From NCBI GenBank assembly GCA_039208735.1, contig JBCCQY010000036.1, positions 1 through 64,000 on the forward strand: a stretch of 64,000 bases of DNA. The letters are read 5' to 3'. How positions within the stretch are numbered: the first letter of the stretch is position 1; every line of letters begins with the position of its first letter. Made by a program: the position numbers and the translations under genes. Shown here piece by piece: positions 10,321-18,840 of this stretch. This DNA is from Myxococcota bacterium (GTDB taxonomy: Bacteria > Myxococcota_A > UBA796 > GCA-2862545). The notes beneath the pieces are model-generated. The model was given only the letters and a program-made list of their open reading frames with translations. It was not told the DNA's origin and ran no database searches.

Positions 10321-11369
10321 GCCTTTCGAGCCGTCGTTCACTGCTATGGGGGGCCGGTGGGGCCCTCGTGCTGGCGACTGGCGGGTGCGGCTTGTGGACG
10401 TCCCCCAATGCGCTTGCCCGTGGGGTGGCCTGGTTGGTCGACCAGCAAAGTCCGCAGGGCCATTTCCCGAGCCAGACGTACGGGTTCTTTGCTGAGGGCG
10501 CTTCGCTCACGCCGCTGGTCACCCTGGCTCTTGTCGAATCCGGCCAGGCTTCGGCGGCGGTCGGGCGGGCCAGGCGATGGATGGCCCAGCGGGCGGGCCT
10601 CGGTCAAGGAAGCGTGGACTACCCCACCTACGCTGCCGCGTTGATGGGCCGGGCGATGGCGGATCATCCCTGGGATCCCGAACCTCTCGTCGCCTTTTTG
10701 CGAGCCCAGCAGGTTCGGCCCGATGCGGGGTGGTCCGTCGATCATCCGGCGGTGGGAGGCTTCGGTTTTGGGAATGCGCCCCCGCGACCCCCAAACGTTG
10801 GCCATGTCGATCTGTCCATGACACGACGCGCGATCGAGGCCCTGGTGGCGTTGGGGGTGGCTGCCCCCGATCCCACGCTGCAATGGGCTCGGACCTTTGT
10901 CGAACGATGTCGCGCCGAAGGAGGCGGGATGGTCTACACGCCTGTTTCGCCAGATTTGAACAAGGGCCGTAACGGAGCTGGGTATGGCTCCGCGACCTGC
11001 GACGGGGTGCTTGCGTTGGCCGCCTTGGGGGTGGAACCGGCTGAGTTTGAGTCGGACCTCACGTGGCTTCGGCGCCACCACACTCCGGACCGAAACCCCG
11101 GCGTCGCCGAGGACCGCGAACCCTTCGCACGGGCGATGCGCGGCTACTACCAGTGCGCAGCATCCCAGGTGTTTGCGCGGTTCGGAGGCCCCAAAGGCTG
11201 GAGCGCAGCACTCGCTCACGACCTCCGCCGCCGACAGCGCGACGATGGATCGTGGCAAAACGAACTGCCGCACCAAAAGGAGGATGACCCTCTGGTGGCC
11301 ACCGCTTTTGCGGTTCGAACCCTCGTGCGGTGTTCCAACCGTCACGATCCGATACAGTCCTCACCGTGA
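10317..11369 (+). CDS. Probable Tat-exported lipoprotein with prenyltransferase/squalene-cyclase repeats
   Basis: GTGA overlap with the upstream stop; twin-Arg motif SRRSLL and lipobox-like TGGC; repeats WLVDQQSPQGHF, FVERCRAEGGGM, RQRDDGSW. Confidence 0.78.
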   Translation: MSLSSRRSLLWGAGGALVLATGGCGLWTSPNALARGVAWLVDQQSPQGHFPSQTYGFFAEGASLTPLVTLALVESGQASAAVGRARRWMAQRAGLGQGSVDYPTYAAALMGRAMADHPWDPEPLVAFLRAQQVRPDAGWSVDHPAVGGFGFGNAPPRPPNVGHVDLSMTRRAIEALVALGVAAPDPTLQWARTFVERCRAEGGGMVYTPVSPDLNKGRNGAGYGSATCDGVLALAALGVEPAEFESDLTWLRRHHTPDRNPGVAEDREPFARAMRGYYQCAASQVFARFGGPKGWSAALAHDLRRRQRDDGSWQNELPHQKEDDPLVATAFAVRTLVRCSNRHDPIQSSP

Positions 11370-12008
11370 GGGCGAGTCCGGGGTCGGCGTTGCACGAACA
11401 TCGGTCCACTGACGCGGTGGTGTCGGGCCAGGGGGCCCTGATCGGGGTCCGTCGGGACCGTCCAGGGTCGGCTCGGATCGAGACTTGTCAGGGCAATACA
11501 GAGGTCGATGCTATCTCCTTTGCCTTCGACGATCCCGCGTCGATGGAGATCCAGGTGTGGGGCCGTGACCCGTGGTCGGACGGGGCTACCGAACCTGGAC
11601 GCTTGCCGATGCCAGGCCCATCCCCCGCAAGGAGGGAGATTGGGTTCATACCGGGTACCAAGCGTAGAACGCCAACCTAGCCACGTTTGAAACGAAGGAT
11701 GGTCACGTTCGGGTGTTGGCCAATGCGGTGCCTTCGGGGGCCTGGGTCCCCATTGACGCCATGGGGCCGAGGTGACCGTCTACGAGATCGATCCCACGAA
11801 GCATCTGCCCGCATGTTGGAACAAGAAGGACCTTCTTGCCGCGTCCACGGGGGTCACTTGGCGAGGGTGGGTGCGGGTGGTCGACGAGCGAGGTCACCAG
11901 AGCGACATCTGGTTCGTCGCGTCGTGTTGACGGGCTGATGGGCCGTCCCGACAAATGGGGACACGTCGCGAGGCCGTAGCAATCGTACGCTGGGAGCTGG
12001 AGGTCCTC

Positions 12009-12152
12009 ATGTCCAAGCGTTCTCTCACCATTGTGGCCGCGACCCTGGCCCTGGCTGTCCCTGCGGTGGCTTTTGCGTCGGTCGCGCTCAACGTCGACGT
12101 GTCGTCGACGTGCTTTATGTCGGGGCTGGCTTCGTTCTTTAGCTGTCATTAA
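12009..12152 (+). CDS. Small 47-aa putative secreted peptide
   Basis: GGAGG RBS shortly before ATG 12009; signal-like MSKRSLTIVAATLALAVPAVAFA followed by a 24-aa tail with two Cys; stop immediately followed by a perfect hairpin. Confidence 0.65.
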   Translation: MSKRSLTIVAATLALAVPAVAFASVALNVDVSSTCFMSGLASFFSCH

Positions 12153-12186
12153 TCAGCTTACTGGCGTTAAAACGCCAGTAAGCTGA
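12153..12186. terminator. Perfect 16-bp inverted repeat (terminator-like/RNA-stabilising hairpin or operator)
   Basis: TCAGCTTACTGGCGTT-AA-AACGCCAGTAAGCTGA directly after TAA 12152. No clear U-tract, so the function is uncertain. Confidence 0.55.
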
Positions 12187-12213
12187 CGTGCGTAGGCCTG
12201 CAGGCGCGCAGCG

Positions 12214-12293
12214 CCGAAGGCCAGCACGCGTGTGCAGGTCAGCACAACCGCAGGCCAGCACCTGTGCAGGTCAGCACAACCGAAGGTCGGCTC
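12214..12293. repeat. Short direct-repeat array (AGGYCAGCAC core, about 16-bp period)
   Basis: AGGYCAGCAC at 12218, 12236, 12252, 12268 and a degenerate copy at 12284; exact 20-mer TGTGCAGGTCAGCACAACCG at 12231 and 12263. Confidence 0.8.
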
Positions 12294-12409
12294 GAGTCAG
12301 CCTGAACGCGGGTCCGCTCGACCAGGGGCATGGCCACCGCCATCCATGCCCGCCCCGATCCAGCTACAGGGGAGGCAATGACGTAGGCCCATCACCGTCG
12401 GAGCCCTTC

Positions 12410-12793
12410 ATGTCTGAGTCTCGCATCCTGATCGAGTCCGAATCCGCAGCCATCGGGATGGCCCAGCTGGCCGAGAACGTCGGGTTGGACAACAACGGCG
12501 TGCTCATGCCCTTGCTTGCGGTTGGCACGCCCCTACCGGCGGAGGCCATGCAGGTGATGTCGACGGGCTCTGACGAACAGTCGACCATCGCGATCGACCT
12601 GTACCGGGGCAACCGGATGATGGCAAAGGATGGGACCTTCCTGGGGCGTTTCGCGGCGGCGGGCTTTGAACTCGCGCCAGCGGGGATTCCACAGATCGGG
12701 TTCTGCATCACGGTGGAAGGCACCTCCCTTTGGCTTTCGGTGACGGACGAGCGAGCGGGGCTCCCGTTGCGGGTCGAGCGGGAGTTCCGATGA
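12410..12793 (+). CDS. Stand-alone Hsp70/DnaK substrate-binding (SBD-beta) domain protein
   Basis: GVLMPLLAVGTPLP..QVMSTGSDEQSTIAIDLYRGNRMMAKDGTFLGRF..G..APAGIPQI matches the DnaK peptide-binding domain pattern. No ATPase domain or helical lid. Confidence 0.82.
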   Translation: MSESRILIESESAAIGMAQLAENVGLDNNGVLMPLLAVGTPLPAEAMQVMSTGSDEQSTIAIDLYRGNRMMAKDGTFLGRFAAAGFELAPAGIPQIGFCITVEGTSLWLSVTDERAGLPLRVEREFR

Positions 12794-13803
12794 GGGTCTT
12801 GTTTGCCGACGACCAGCTACCCTGGCCGACGCCCGAAGAAAATGACCGAACCAAGGCTGAAATTGCTCGGGAGTTTAGCCAGGAGGAGAGCCGTCGGCAC
12901 AAAGATGTCGACACGGCATTCGCCGAAGATCACGGTTGGTTCAGCGGCTTGGTCGACTATCTCGAGAAGACGCGCGGAGCTGAAGTGACCTTGGCGCGGA
13001 CCTTCGACGAGGCCTTCGCAAAGTTGGGTGAGCCTTGGAATTACGACGTTGCGATCATCGATTTGTCTTGGTGGGGCGACTACACGCTGCCGCAGGGACG
13101 CGGCGCCCGTCACAATCGTGGTCTCGATTTGTTGGACGCCAACCGCAAGAACCGGCTTGGCCTGCCCCTGCTGTGCTTGTCCCAGAACTTCAAGACAGAC
13201 TTTGAGCTGATGGGGACCGTGCTTCAGCGGGGCGCGTTTCCCATGCCCAAGAGCTACGATGACGTTGGCTATCGCGCGATTTATGCCGCTTTGGACTACC
13301 TAAGCCGTGCGCATGAGTCGTCGCGCGTGATGCACTTCGTGAGCCACGCCCACGCGGATGCCCCGCTTGCCCTGCAGTGGGTACGCGCCCTCCAAACGGC
13401 CTTTGCTCCACCGGCCGGCGCCATTTTGTGCACGTCAGCGCCGGGGTACGAGATTGAGCCCGGGGCCAATTACCGCGAACGACTGCGACGCGCGCTGTCG
13501 TCGTGTGGCTGTGTGGCTGGTGTCTGGACCGCCAAGAGCGCCCAAAGCCAGTGGTGTTGGGCTGAACTGGGAGCGGCCTGGGGACGGGGTCGTGACGTGC
13601 AGTTGTTGTTGCTCAAGGATCCCGAGCAGCCCGCACCCGAGGCCCTTGAATTCGTACAGAGTTCGGACCTCACCAACCCCGCCAAGCTCTGGGATGCGTT
13701 GCAGGCCGCAGGTCAGGCCCTTGGGTGGACGATGGTCGACGAGGCGTCCGCGAAGGCCGAATTGGAGCACCTCGCGGAGCTGGCACAGATCCATCGACCG
13801 TAG
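12790..13803 (+). CDS. Receiver (REC) domain-TIR domain fusion protein
   Basis: ATGA overlap with the upstream gene. REC: VLFADD..DVAIIDL..GLDLL..PLLCLS..GAFPMPK. TIR: FVSHAHAD..LCTSAPGYEIEPG..SQWCWAELGAAW. Confidence 0.8.
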   Translation: MRVLFADDQLPWPTPEENDRTKAEIAREFSQEESRRHKDVDTAFAEDHGWFSGLVDYLEKTRGAEVTLARTFDEAFAKLGEPWNYDVAIIDLSWWGDYTLPQGRGARHNRGLDLLDANRKNRLGLPLLCLSQNFKTDFELMGTVLQRGAFPMPKSYDDVGYRAIYAALDYLSRAHESSRVMHFVSHAHADAPLALQWVRALQTAFAPPAGAILCTSAPGYEIEPGANYRERLRRALSSCGCVAGVWTAKSAQSQWCWAELGAAWGRGRDVQLLLLKDPEQPAPEALEFVQSSDLTNPAKLWDALQAAGQALGWTMVDEASAKAELEHLAELAQIHRP

Positions 13804-13821
13804 CCGAGATAGGACGGCCGC

Positions 13822-14757
13822 ATGCCAAGCGCGGACCGACTCCAGGAATTCGTTGCGGCGGTCGACGCCGGAAGCATCTCGGCCGCGGCCACGCGGCTCG
13901 GGATCCCGCGGGCGACACTGTCGCGACGTCTCGCCGAACTCGAGGATGAGTTGGGGGTTCCGCTGCTGCACCGTTCTCCCCGTGGCTTGGGGGTGACGTC
14001 GGCGGGCTCCGTTCTGCTGTCTCGGGCGCGGGCCGCCTTGCTCGAAATCGCGAGCACCTGGCGGGCGGTGCGCCAACTTCAGGACACGCCCCAGGGACCG
14101 CTTCGTGTGTCGGTGCCCCCGACGGTGATGCTCCAGGACTTCTTTGTGAAGTTTGCACTCACCTACCCGGAAATCGACATTCTGGTGTTTGGCGAGCCGC
14201 GTCAGGTCGACCTGGTGACGGAGGGATTCGATGTCGCCATGCGCATTGGCGTGCTGCGTGACGACACGGTAGTGGCTCGACCCATTTGGTCCGAGCGGTA
14301 CTCCCTCGTGGCGTCTCCCGCGTACCTGAACGCCAAGGGTCATCCCCAAGCGGTCCACGAGCTTGCGACGCATCGGTGCATCCTCTCCCACCCCCAATCC
14401 GGCCTCGAGCAACGCGAATGGCCGCTGCTCGACGGAGGGTCGGTCGGCGTTCACGCTTCGGTGGTGGTGACGGAATTTGTCATGGGCTTACACGCAGCCA
14501 TATCAGGGGTAGGGATTATGCTTCTGCCCGAACCCATGACCCAATACTACCGAGAACAGGATCGGTTGGTGTCGGTGCTTCCCGATCGTGTGGGACGCCA
14601 GGTCACCTGCTACGTTGCCTATCCAGATCGGAACTTGCTACCCCACGTGCGCGCGTTTGTGGACTTTGCCATCGATTACTTCAAGCACGGTGCGCGACCC
14701 GCGGTTCAGCAGCTCTTCAACCTGCAGCCCGCCAACGGTTCATCCTCGCCCGAGTAG
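13822..14757 (+). CDS. LysR-family transcriptional regulator (CrgA-like)
   Basis: FVAAVDAGSISAAATRLG..TLSRRLAELEDELGVPLLHRS; VDLVTEGFDVAMRIG; ASPAYL. Confidence 0.93.
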   Translation: MPSADRLQEFVAAVDAGSISAAATRLGIPRATLSRRLAELEDELGVPLLHRSPRGLGVTSAGSVLLSRARAALLEIASTWRAVRQLQDTPQGPLRVSVPPTVMLQDFFVKFALTYPEIDILVFGEPRQVDLVTEGFDVAMRIGVLRDDTVVARPIWSERYSLVASPAYLNAKGHPQAVHELATHRCILSHPQSGLEQREWPLLDGGSVGVHASVVVTEFVMGLHAAISGVGIMLLPEPMTQYYREQDRLVSVLPDRVGRQVTCYVAYPDRNLLPHVRAFVDFAIDYFKHGARPAVQQLFNLQPANGSSSPE

Positions 14758-14758
14758 G

Positions 14759-16243
14759 TTAGAACTCAAGTTTCGTTCCGACCGTGGCGAACAAGGAGCG
14801 TTCGGCGGGAGGGGCCGATCGCAGGTATGCGCCGGGCTCGAAGTATTCGATCGTCGCATAGATCGATGCAAGGGGGTGAGGCGCAATGAAACCAAATGCG
14901 GAGATGCTGGAACCCACGTAGCGAGCCTGGCTATCTGAAGCTCGCTGCGGCACACCGAACGACGTATACGTAAAGTCCGAGACGCTCGCCCGCGAGAAGG
15001 CGCGGTAGATCAGCTGCAATTGGCTCTTTCGATTGGGACTCACCACAAACCGGACGTTGGCGCCGTAGCCGTTTCCGGGCCCGATGAAGCTCGTAGCCCC
15101 CGCAAACCGCAGGTTGGGGAACGGGGCCCGGTGCGTGCCCAAGATGCCATCATCACGCTGCCCGTCACCCGATACGTAGCCCGTGCCCACCTGCAAATCG
15201 GGTCGCCATCCGGATTCAGAAAGGCGGAAGGAGACGAGGCCCTCGATCGCATAGCTGCGGATCATCAGGGGAGTGGCGACGCCATCGGCCGTAAACGAGC
15301 CCCATTGCCCGATGGCCTCAATGTCGGGACGGACTCGGCCTGACGTCTGGAAGAAGCGGGCGCCCACGCTATGGCGGAGTTCGTCGCCTGAACCTTCGGC
15401 ATAGACCAGCGTGTCTTGGTCCACCCCAAAATAGTACACGTCGAACCCTCGGGCGTCGGACGGAGCGAACTCCGCGACCCCTCCCCAGAAGCGGGTACGT
15501 GGCGAACCGTCTTCGGGAACGCCATCATCAAACGATCCGCTTTGGAGGGACACCTCGAGGGCGGCCAGCACGTCGACGTTGAACCGGCGTCCCCGGATCC
15601 GTCCTCGGACCGCGTCGAAGCTCCGACGGTTGGCCGTGCCATCGCGGACATCGACGATACGCCCCGCACCATAGCGCAGTTCCTGACGTCCGAGTCGCAT
15701 CCCCAACCGGATTGGCGAGGAGCGGGTTCCTGTTGCAGCCTCGATGAAGCCTTGGTGCACATCGAAGCCGTTCTGTTGCACCGCCAACGGGCCCGTGTCG
15801 CGGCCGAGTTCTGCCGCGGTCTTGTATTGGGCAAAGACGCGATAGTGATCGTTGATTCGAAGGTTGAGATGGCCCATGTGGCGGATGACAAGCGAGCCAG
15901 AGTCATCTTGGGGCACGATGCCCAGGTTCTCGTTGACGTACAGCTCGTACGCGATTCGGGCTTGCCCCCCGAGGGTGAGGTAAGCATCTGCGCCTAATGG
16001 CAGGTACTTGAGTCGGTCGAGGGGCCGTTGGCCTTCGAGGGCTCCACCCGATTCGCCAAATGGCCCCCAGTCTTCCTCCGCGCGAAGGGTTCGTGGGCCG
16101 GGTCGGGCCGCCGTCTCGGGTTCGTCGACTCGAATGTCGGTCGGTTGGGTGTCTGGCGTAGCCGAGTTGCGTTTCGCACGGTCGATCGGTGAGGGGTCAT
16201 CCCCACGCGCCATCGATGTCAAAGCGAGGACCAGGGCAATCAC
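14759..16243 (-). CDS. Alginate export (AlgE-like) family outer-membrane beta-barrel protein
   Basis: Signal peptide; RLKYLPL..LTLGGQAR, DVHQGF, LGRQELRYGAGR..RDG..RRSFD; C-terminal Phe. GTGA overlap with the upstream gene. Confidence 0.85.
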   Translation of the reverse strand: MIALVLALTSMARGDDPSPIDRAKRNSATPDTQPTDIRVDEPETAARPGPRTLRAEEDWGPFGESGGALEGQRPLDRLKYLPLGADAYLTLGGQARIAYELYVNENLGIVPQDDSGSLVIRHMGHLNLRINDHYRVFAQYKTAAELGRDTGPLAVQQNGFDVHQGFIEAATGTRSSPIRLGMRLGRQELRYGAGRIVDVRDGTANRRSFDAVRGRIRGRRFNVDVLAALEVSLQSGSFDDGVPEDGSPRTRFWGGVAEFAPSDARGFDVYYFGVDQDTLVYAEGSGDELRHSVGARFFQTSGRVRPDIEAIGQWGSFTADGVATPLMIRSYAIEGLVSFRLSESGWRPDLQVGTGYVSGDGQRDDGILGTHRAPFPNLRFAGATSFIGPGNGYGANVRFVVSPNRKSQLQLIYRAFSRASVSDFTYTSFGVPQRASDSQARYVGSSISAFGFIAPHPLASIYATIEYFEPGAYLRSAPPAERSLFATVGTKLEF

Positions 16244-17289
16244 GGGAGAACCTCTTCGCGAAAGGGCAGTAGGTTGGCCAAGGCAACGCGGTGCCCTGCT
16301 TCGTGGACGGGGGCCATGGCCCCTTGAGCGTGGTCGAACGCGGCTTCAAAGGTGTTTCCTGCGACGTCCTCGAAACGGTGGTCGAACCAAAGTTGATAAG
16401 CCTTTGGCGCGTGGACCCAGGGGCCATGGGGGCGAAACTGGGCTCGATGAGCGCCGGGCGGTAAGGCCCATGTCCCCGGCACAACGTGACCGTCGGGTCC
16501 CAGCACCTGGACGAATCGACCGGTCGACACGTGGTCAACGGGCCGTCCGAAATCCACGACTAAGGGGTCCTGGGTTCCCGCGGGTGGTTTGGATGCGCGG
16601 AAGGTGCTGGCGTCAAGGGCCTGAAGCACGGCCGGTCCGACGGTGAACGCAAACGAAGAGGGTTCGCCGAGGGTTTGGCCCTCGATCGTGGGCCAACCAC
16701 CTTGGATCTCAAGCTGGTATTGGTGCCCCGATTGCAACGCTCGGCCGAGCCGTTCATGGGCGGCCAATCCTGTTTTCACGCGGCCTGGATCGAACAAGAG
16801 CGTCAGTCGTCTGTGGTCGGAGGACCACAGTTCGTGGCGAGGATCGAAAAACACCCCCGTGACCTCGACGCCCTCGGTCCGATCGAGCAGCCGAATGGCG
16901 TCGAGCCCAAAGCCCTCCACCATTGGGGCCGAGAAGTACACGTACAGGCGCAGGGTATTCTCGGGCAGCGTCGGGGCATCGGGGAGCACCGAGGTGACGG
17001 TGGCTGAAGCGCTCGACACCTCGGGAAGCGACGCTTCTAGGCGGCAGCGGGGGCCGCCAATTTGATAGCGAACCTGCGGTGCGAACCGGAACGTCGGCTG
17101 GAAAAGTACCTCGTGCTTGCGCTGGACCACCCGCCCATGAACGGGCGTGAGGTTTCCGGCTACGGTCACCACCAATGGCTCGTGAGTCTTGACGACGACG
17201 TGGTGTTCATCGAACGAAATGAGGTGGCAGGGCGGGGCGTGCTTTCCGCACGAGAGCAGCAAGACCCAGCCGAGGGTCGCAAGCGTCAT
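16240..17289 (-). CDS. Lipoprotein with tandem Ig-like domains (conserved hypothetical)
   Basis: Lipobox LLSC; LPENTLRLYVYFSAPM, ELWSSDHRRLTLLFDPGRVKTGL, EDVAGN. Start overlaps the upstream stop (TGATG). Confidence 0.78.
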   Translation of the reverse strand: MTLATLGWVLLLSCGKHAPPCHLISFDEHHVVVKTHEPLVVTVAGNLTPVHGRVVQRKHEVLFQPTFRFAPQVRYQIGGPRCRLEASLPEVSSASATVTSVLPDAPTLPENTLRLYVYFSAPMVEGFGLDAIRLLDRTEGVEVTGVFFDPRHELWSSDHRRLTLLFDPGRVKTGLAAHERLGRALQSGHQYQLEIQGGWPTIEGQTLGEPSSFAFTVGPAVLQALDASTFRASKPPAGTQDPLVVDFGRPVDHVSTGRFVQVLGPDGHVVPGTWALPPGAHRAQFRPHGPWVHAPKAYQLWFDHRFEDVAGNTFEAAFDHAQGAMAPVHEAGHRVALANLLPFREEVLP

Positions 17290-18548
17290 CAGGGCTTAAC
17301 GAGGGCCGCGTGGCCTTCGGCCGTCTTCTGCTGGTTGTGAAAGGCCTTCATGCCAGCCTGGGGCTCACCATAGGTATATCCTGGCATTTCGTACTCGCTT
17401 TCATACTCCGACAGCCGTAGGTAGGACCCCTTGGGGTAGGAAAGCAGCTCGATGTGACCCGTGTAGTCGTCACGACGGACCACTGCGATGACGCTGGCAC
17501 TTTGGTCATCGGCATCGATGACCGAGGTGAGCGGCGCGTCCATGGCTCCCAAAGCGGCCTTCTGCAGCCCCGAAGGCGTGGTTAGTCCCTCCCCCTTGGC
17601 GGCTTCGGCGAGGGTTGCGATGGGAATGACCTGGGAGGCTTGGTTCTTGTTGGTCAGGAACAGGACCGGGCTGGGCTCCTGACCCGGAGCGGCCTGTTCG
17701 AACAGCATCATGTCGCCCGGTGTGTTGCCAAAACCAAGTTCAGCAATCGTCTTGCCCGTGACGTGCGCGCCGTCCTTCAAATCCGCCACCGGAATGGTGA
17801 CCAAGGGCGTGCAGGTATAGGCGCCGACGAGATGAGGGCTGCCGTTGAGTTCGACCACCTTCATGGTACGGATAGGGGCCCGGGTCTCGTTCTGGTCGTG
17901 GACAGCGTGGTAGATTTCAACCGTGCTTTTGACCATCGACCCCTCAAAGGGAACCGGGATTGAGTACAGACTCGAGTCGAAGTCCGCATTCGACAAGCCC
18001 GCCGCATACAGCATGCCGTCGTAGTATTCGAGGTCGGTAAACGTCAAGTCCCGAGCCGGGACTTCGCCGTAGAACACGTGCCCGTCCGCCGGACCACCGG
18101 GGATGCTCACCGACGTGCCCCCGTCCGAGAGGTCGATGAGCCGAACGTTTCCTTCCTGAGTGACGGCAACCACCGCGGATGCGTACTCGTCGCCCACGAT
18201 CCGGCCGACGGCGAGGAACGCCTCTGCGTTCTGTGGGTGGATCGCGAGGTCACGGATGCGAACCTGAGCTTTCGTCGTTCCGAGACGGGCCGCAATCGTG
18301 CCGTGAATATCTTTGAGGTTGTACCAGGCCTCGGCCATCGGATTGTCGGAGATCGTCGGGGTCATGGCGTGGATCTGGCCAGTCCCGGAATCTCCGAGAA
18401 ATAGCGTCCCGTCTGGAGCAAACTCGAGCACCGTGATGGCGTCGAAGGGTCCGCTGACATCGGGGGGACTGGGAGGCGCAGCGGATTCAAGAGGCGCCTT
18501 TGTGGCACAAGCGTGGAGGAGTGCGGTAACGAACAGACCAAAGCGCAA
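17289..18548 (-). CDS. Conserved hypothetical lipoprotein, probably a beta-propeller
   Basis: TTG start behind GAGG; lipobox LLHAC; LEFAPDGTLFLGDS, YHAVHDQNETRAP, GAYTCTPLV. Confidence 0.78.
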   Translation of the reverse strand: MRFGLFVTALLHACATKAPLESAAPPSPPDVSGPFDAITVLEFAPDGTLFLGDSGTGQIHAMTPTISDNPMAEAWYNLKDIHGTIAARLGTTKAQVRIRDLAIHPQNAEAFLAVGRIVGDEYASAVVAVTQEGNVRLIDLSDGGTSVSIPGGPADGHVFYGEVPARDLTFTDLEYYDGMLYAAGLSNADFDSSLYSIPVPFEGSMVKSTVEIYHAVHDQNETRAPIRTMKVVELNGSPHLVGAYTCTPLVTIPVADLKDGAHVTGKTIAELGFGNTPGDMMLFEQAAPGQEPSPVLFLTNKNQASQVIPIATLAEAAKGEGLTTPSGLQKAALGAMDAPLTSVIDADDQSASVIAVVRRDDYTGHIELLSYPKGSYLRLSEYESEYEMPGYTYGEPQAGMKAFHNQQKTAEGHAALVKP

Positions 18549-18840
18549 GGCAACCTCGGGGGCGTCGGGTTCATGGGCACGACCGGAGCGGTCCTATACC
18601 TACGATCGCGCCACTGGCCTGACCATCTGGATCACTCCCCCTGCTCATGAGGCCCTCTTCCGTGAGGCGCTGGGCCCACCGGGAACGCTCGGCGGGGAGC
18701 GAACTGGGCCCGCCGACCTCGGCACACGCTCCGCATCGTGATCCGAGTTCGGCGCAGGTTCGCGGTTCGTTCATCCCCATTTCATCCAAGGCCCATCTCT
18801 GGTCGACCTGGCCCGTTCAACGTGGCGAAGTGGAGGTACG

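Noticed and set aside
11370..12000. Possible pseudogene or small ORFs in a 630-bp gap
   Set aside because: Only short ORFs without a convincing RBS or family motif; no call can be supported.
12202..12293. Possible mini-CRISPR array
   Set aside because: Period of 16/32 bp with no unique spacers of about 30 bp, and no cas genes.
18549..18840. Small ORFs (e.g. 18571-18789) between divergent genes
   Set aside because: No recognisable motif; likely a promoter region.
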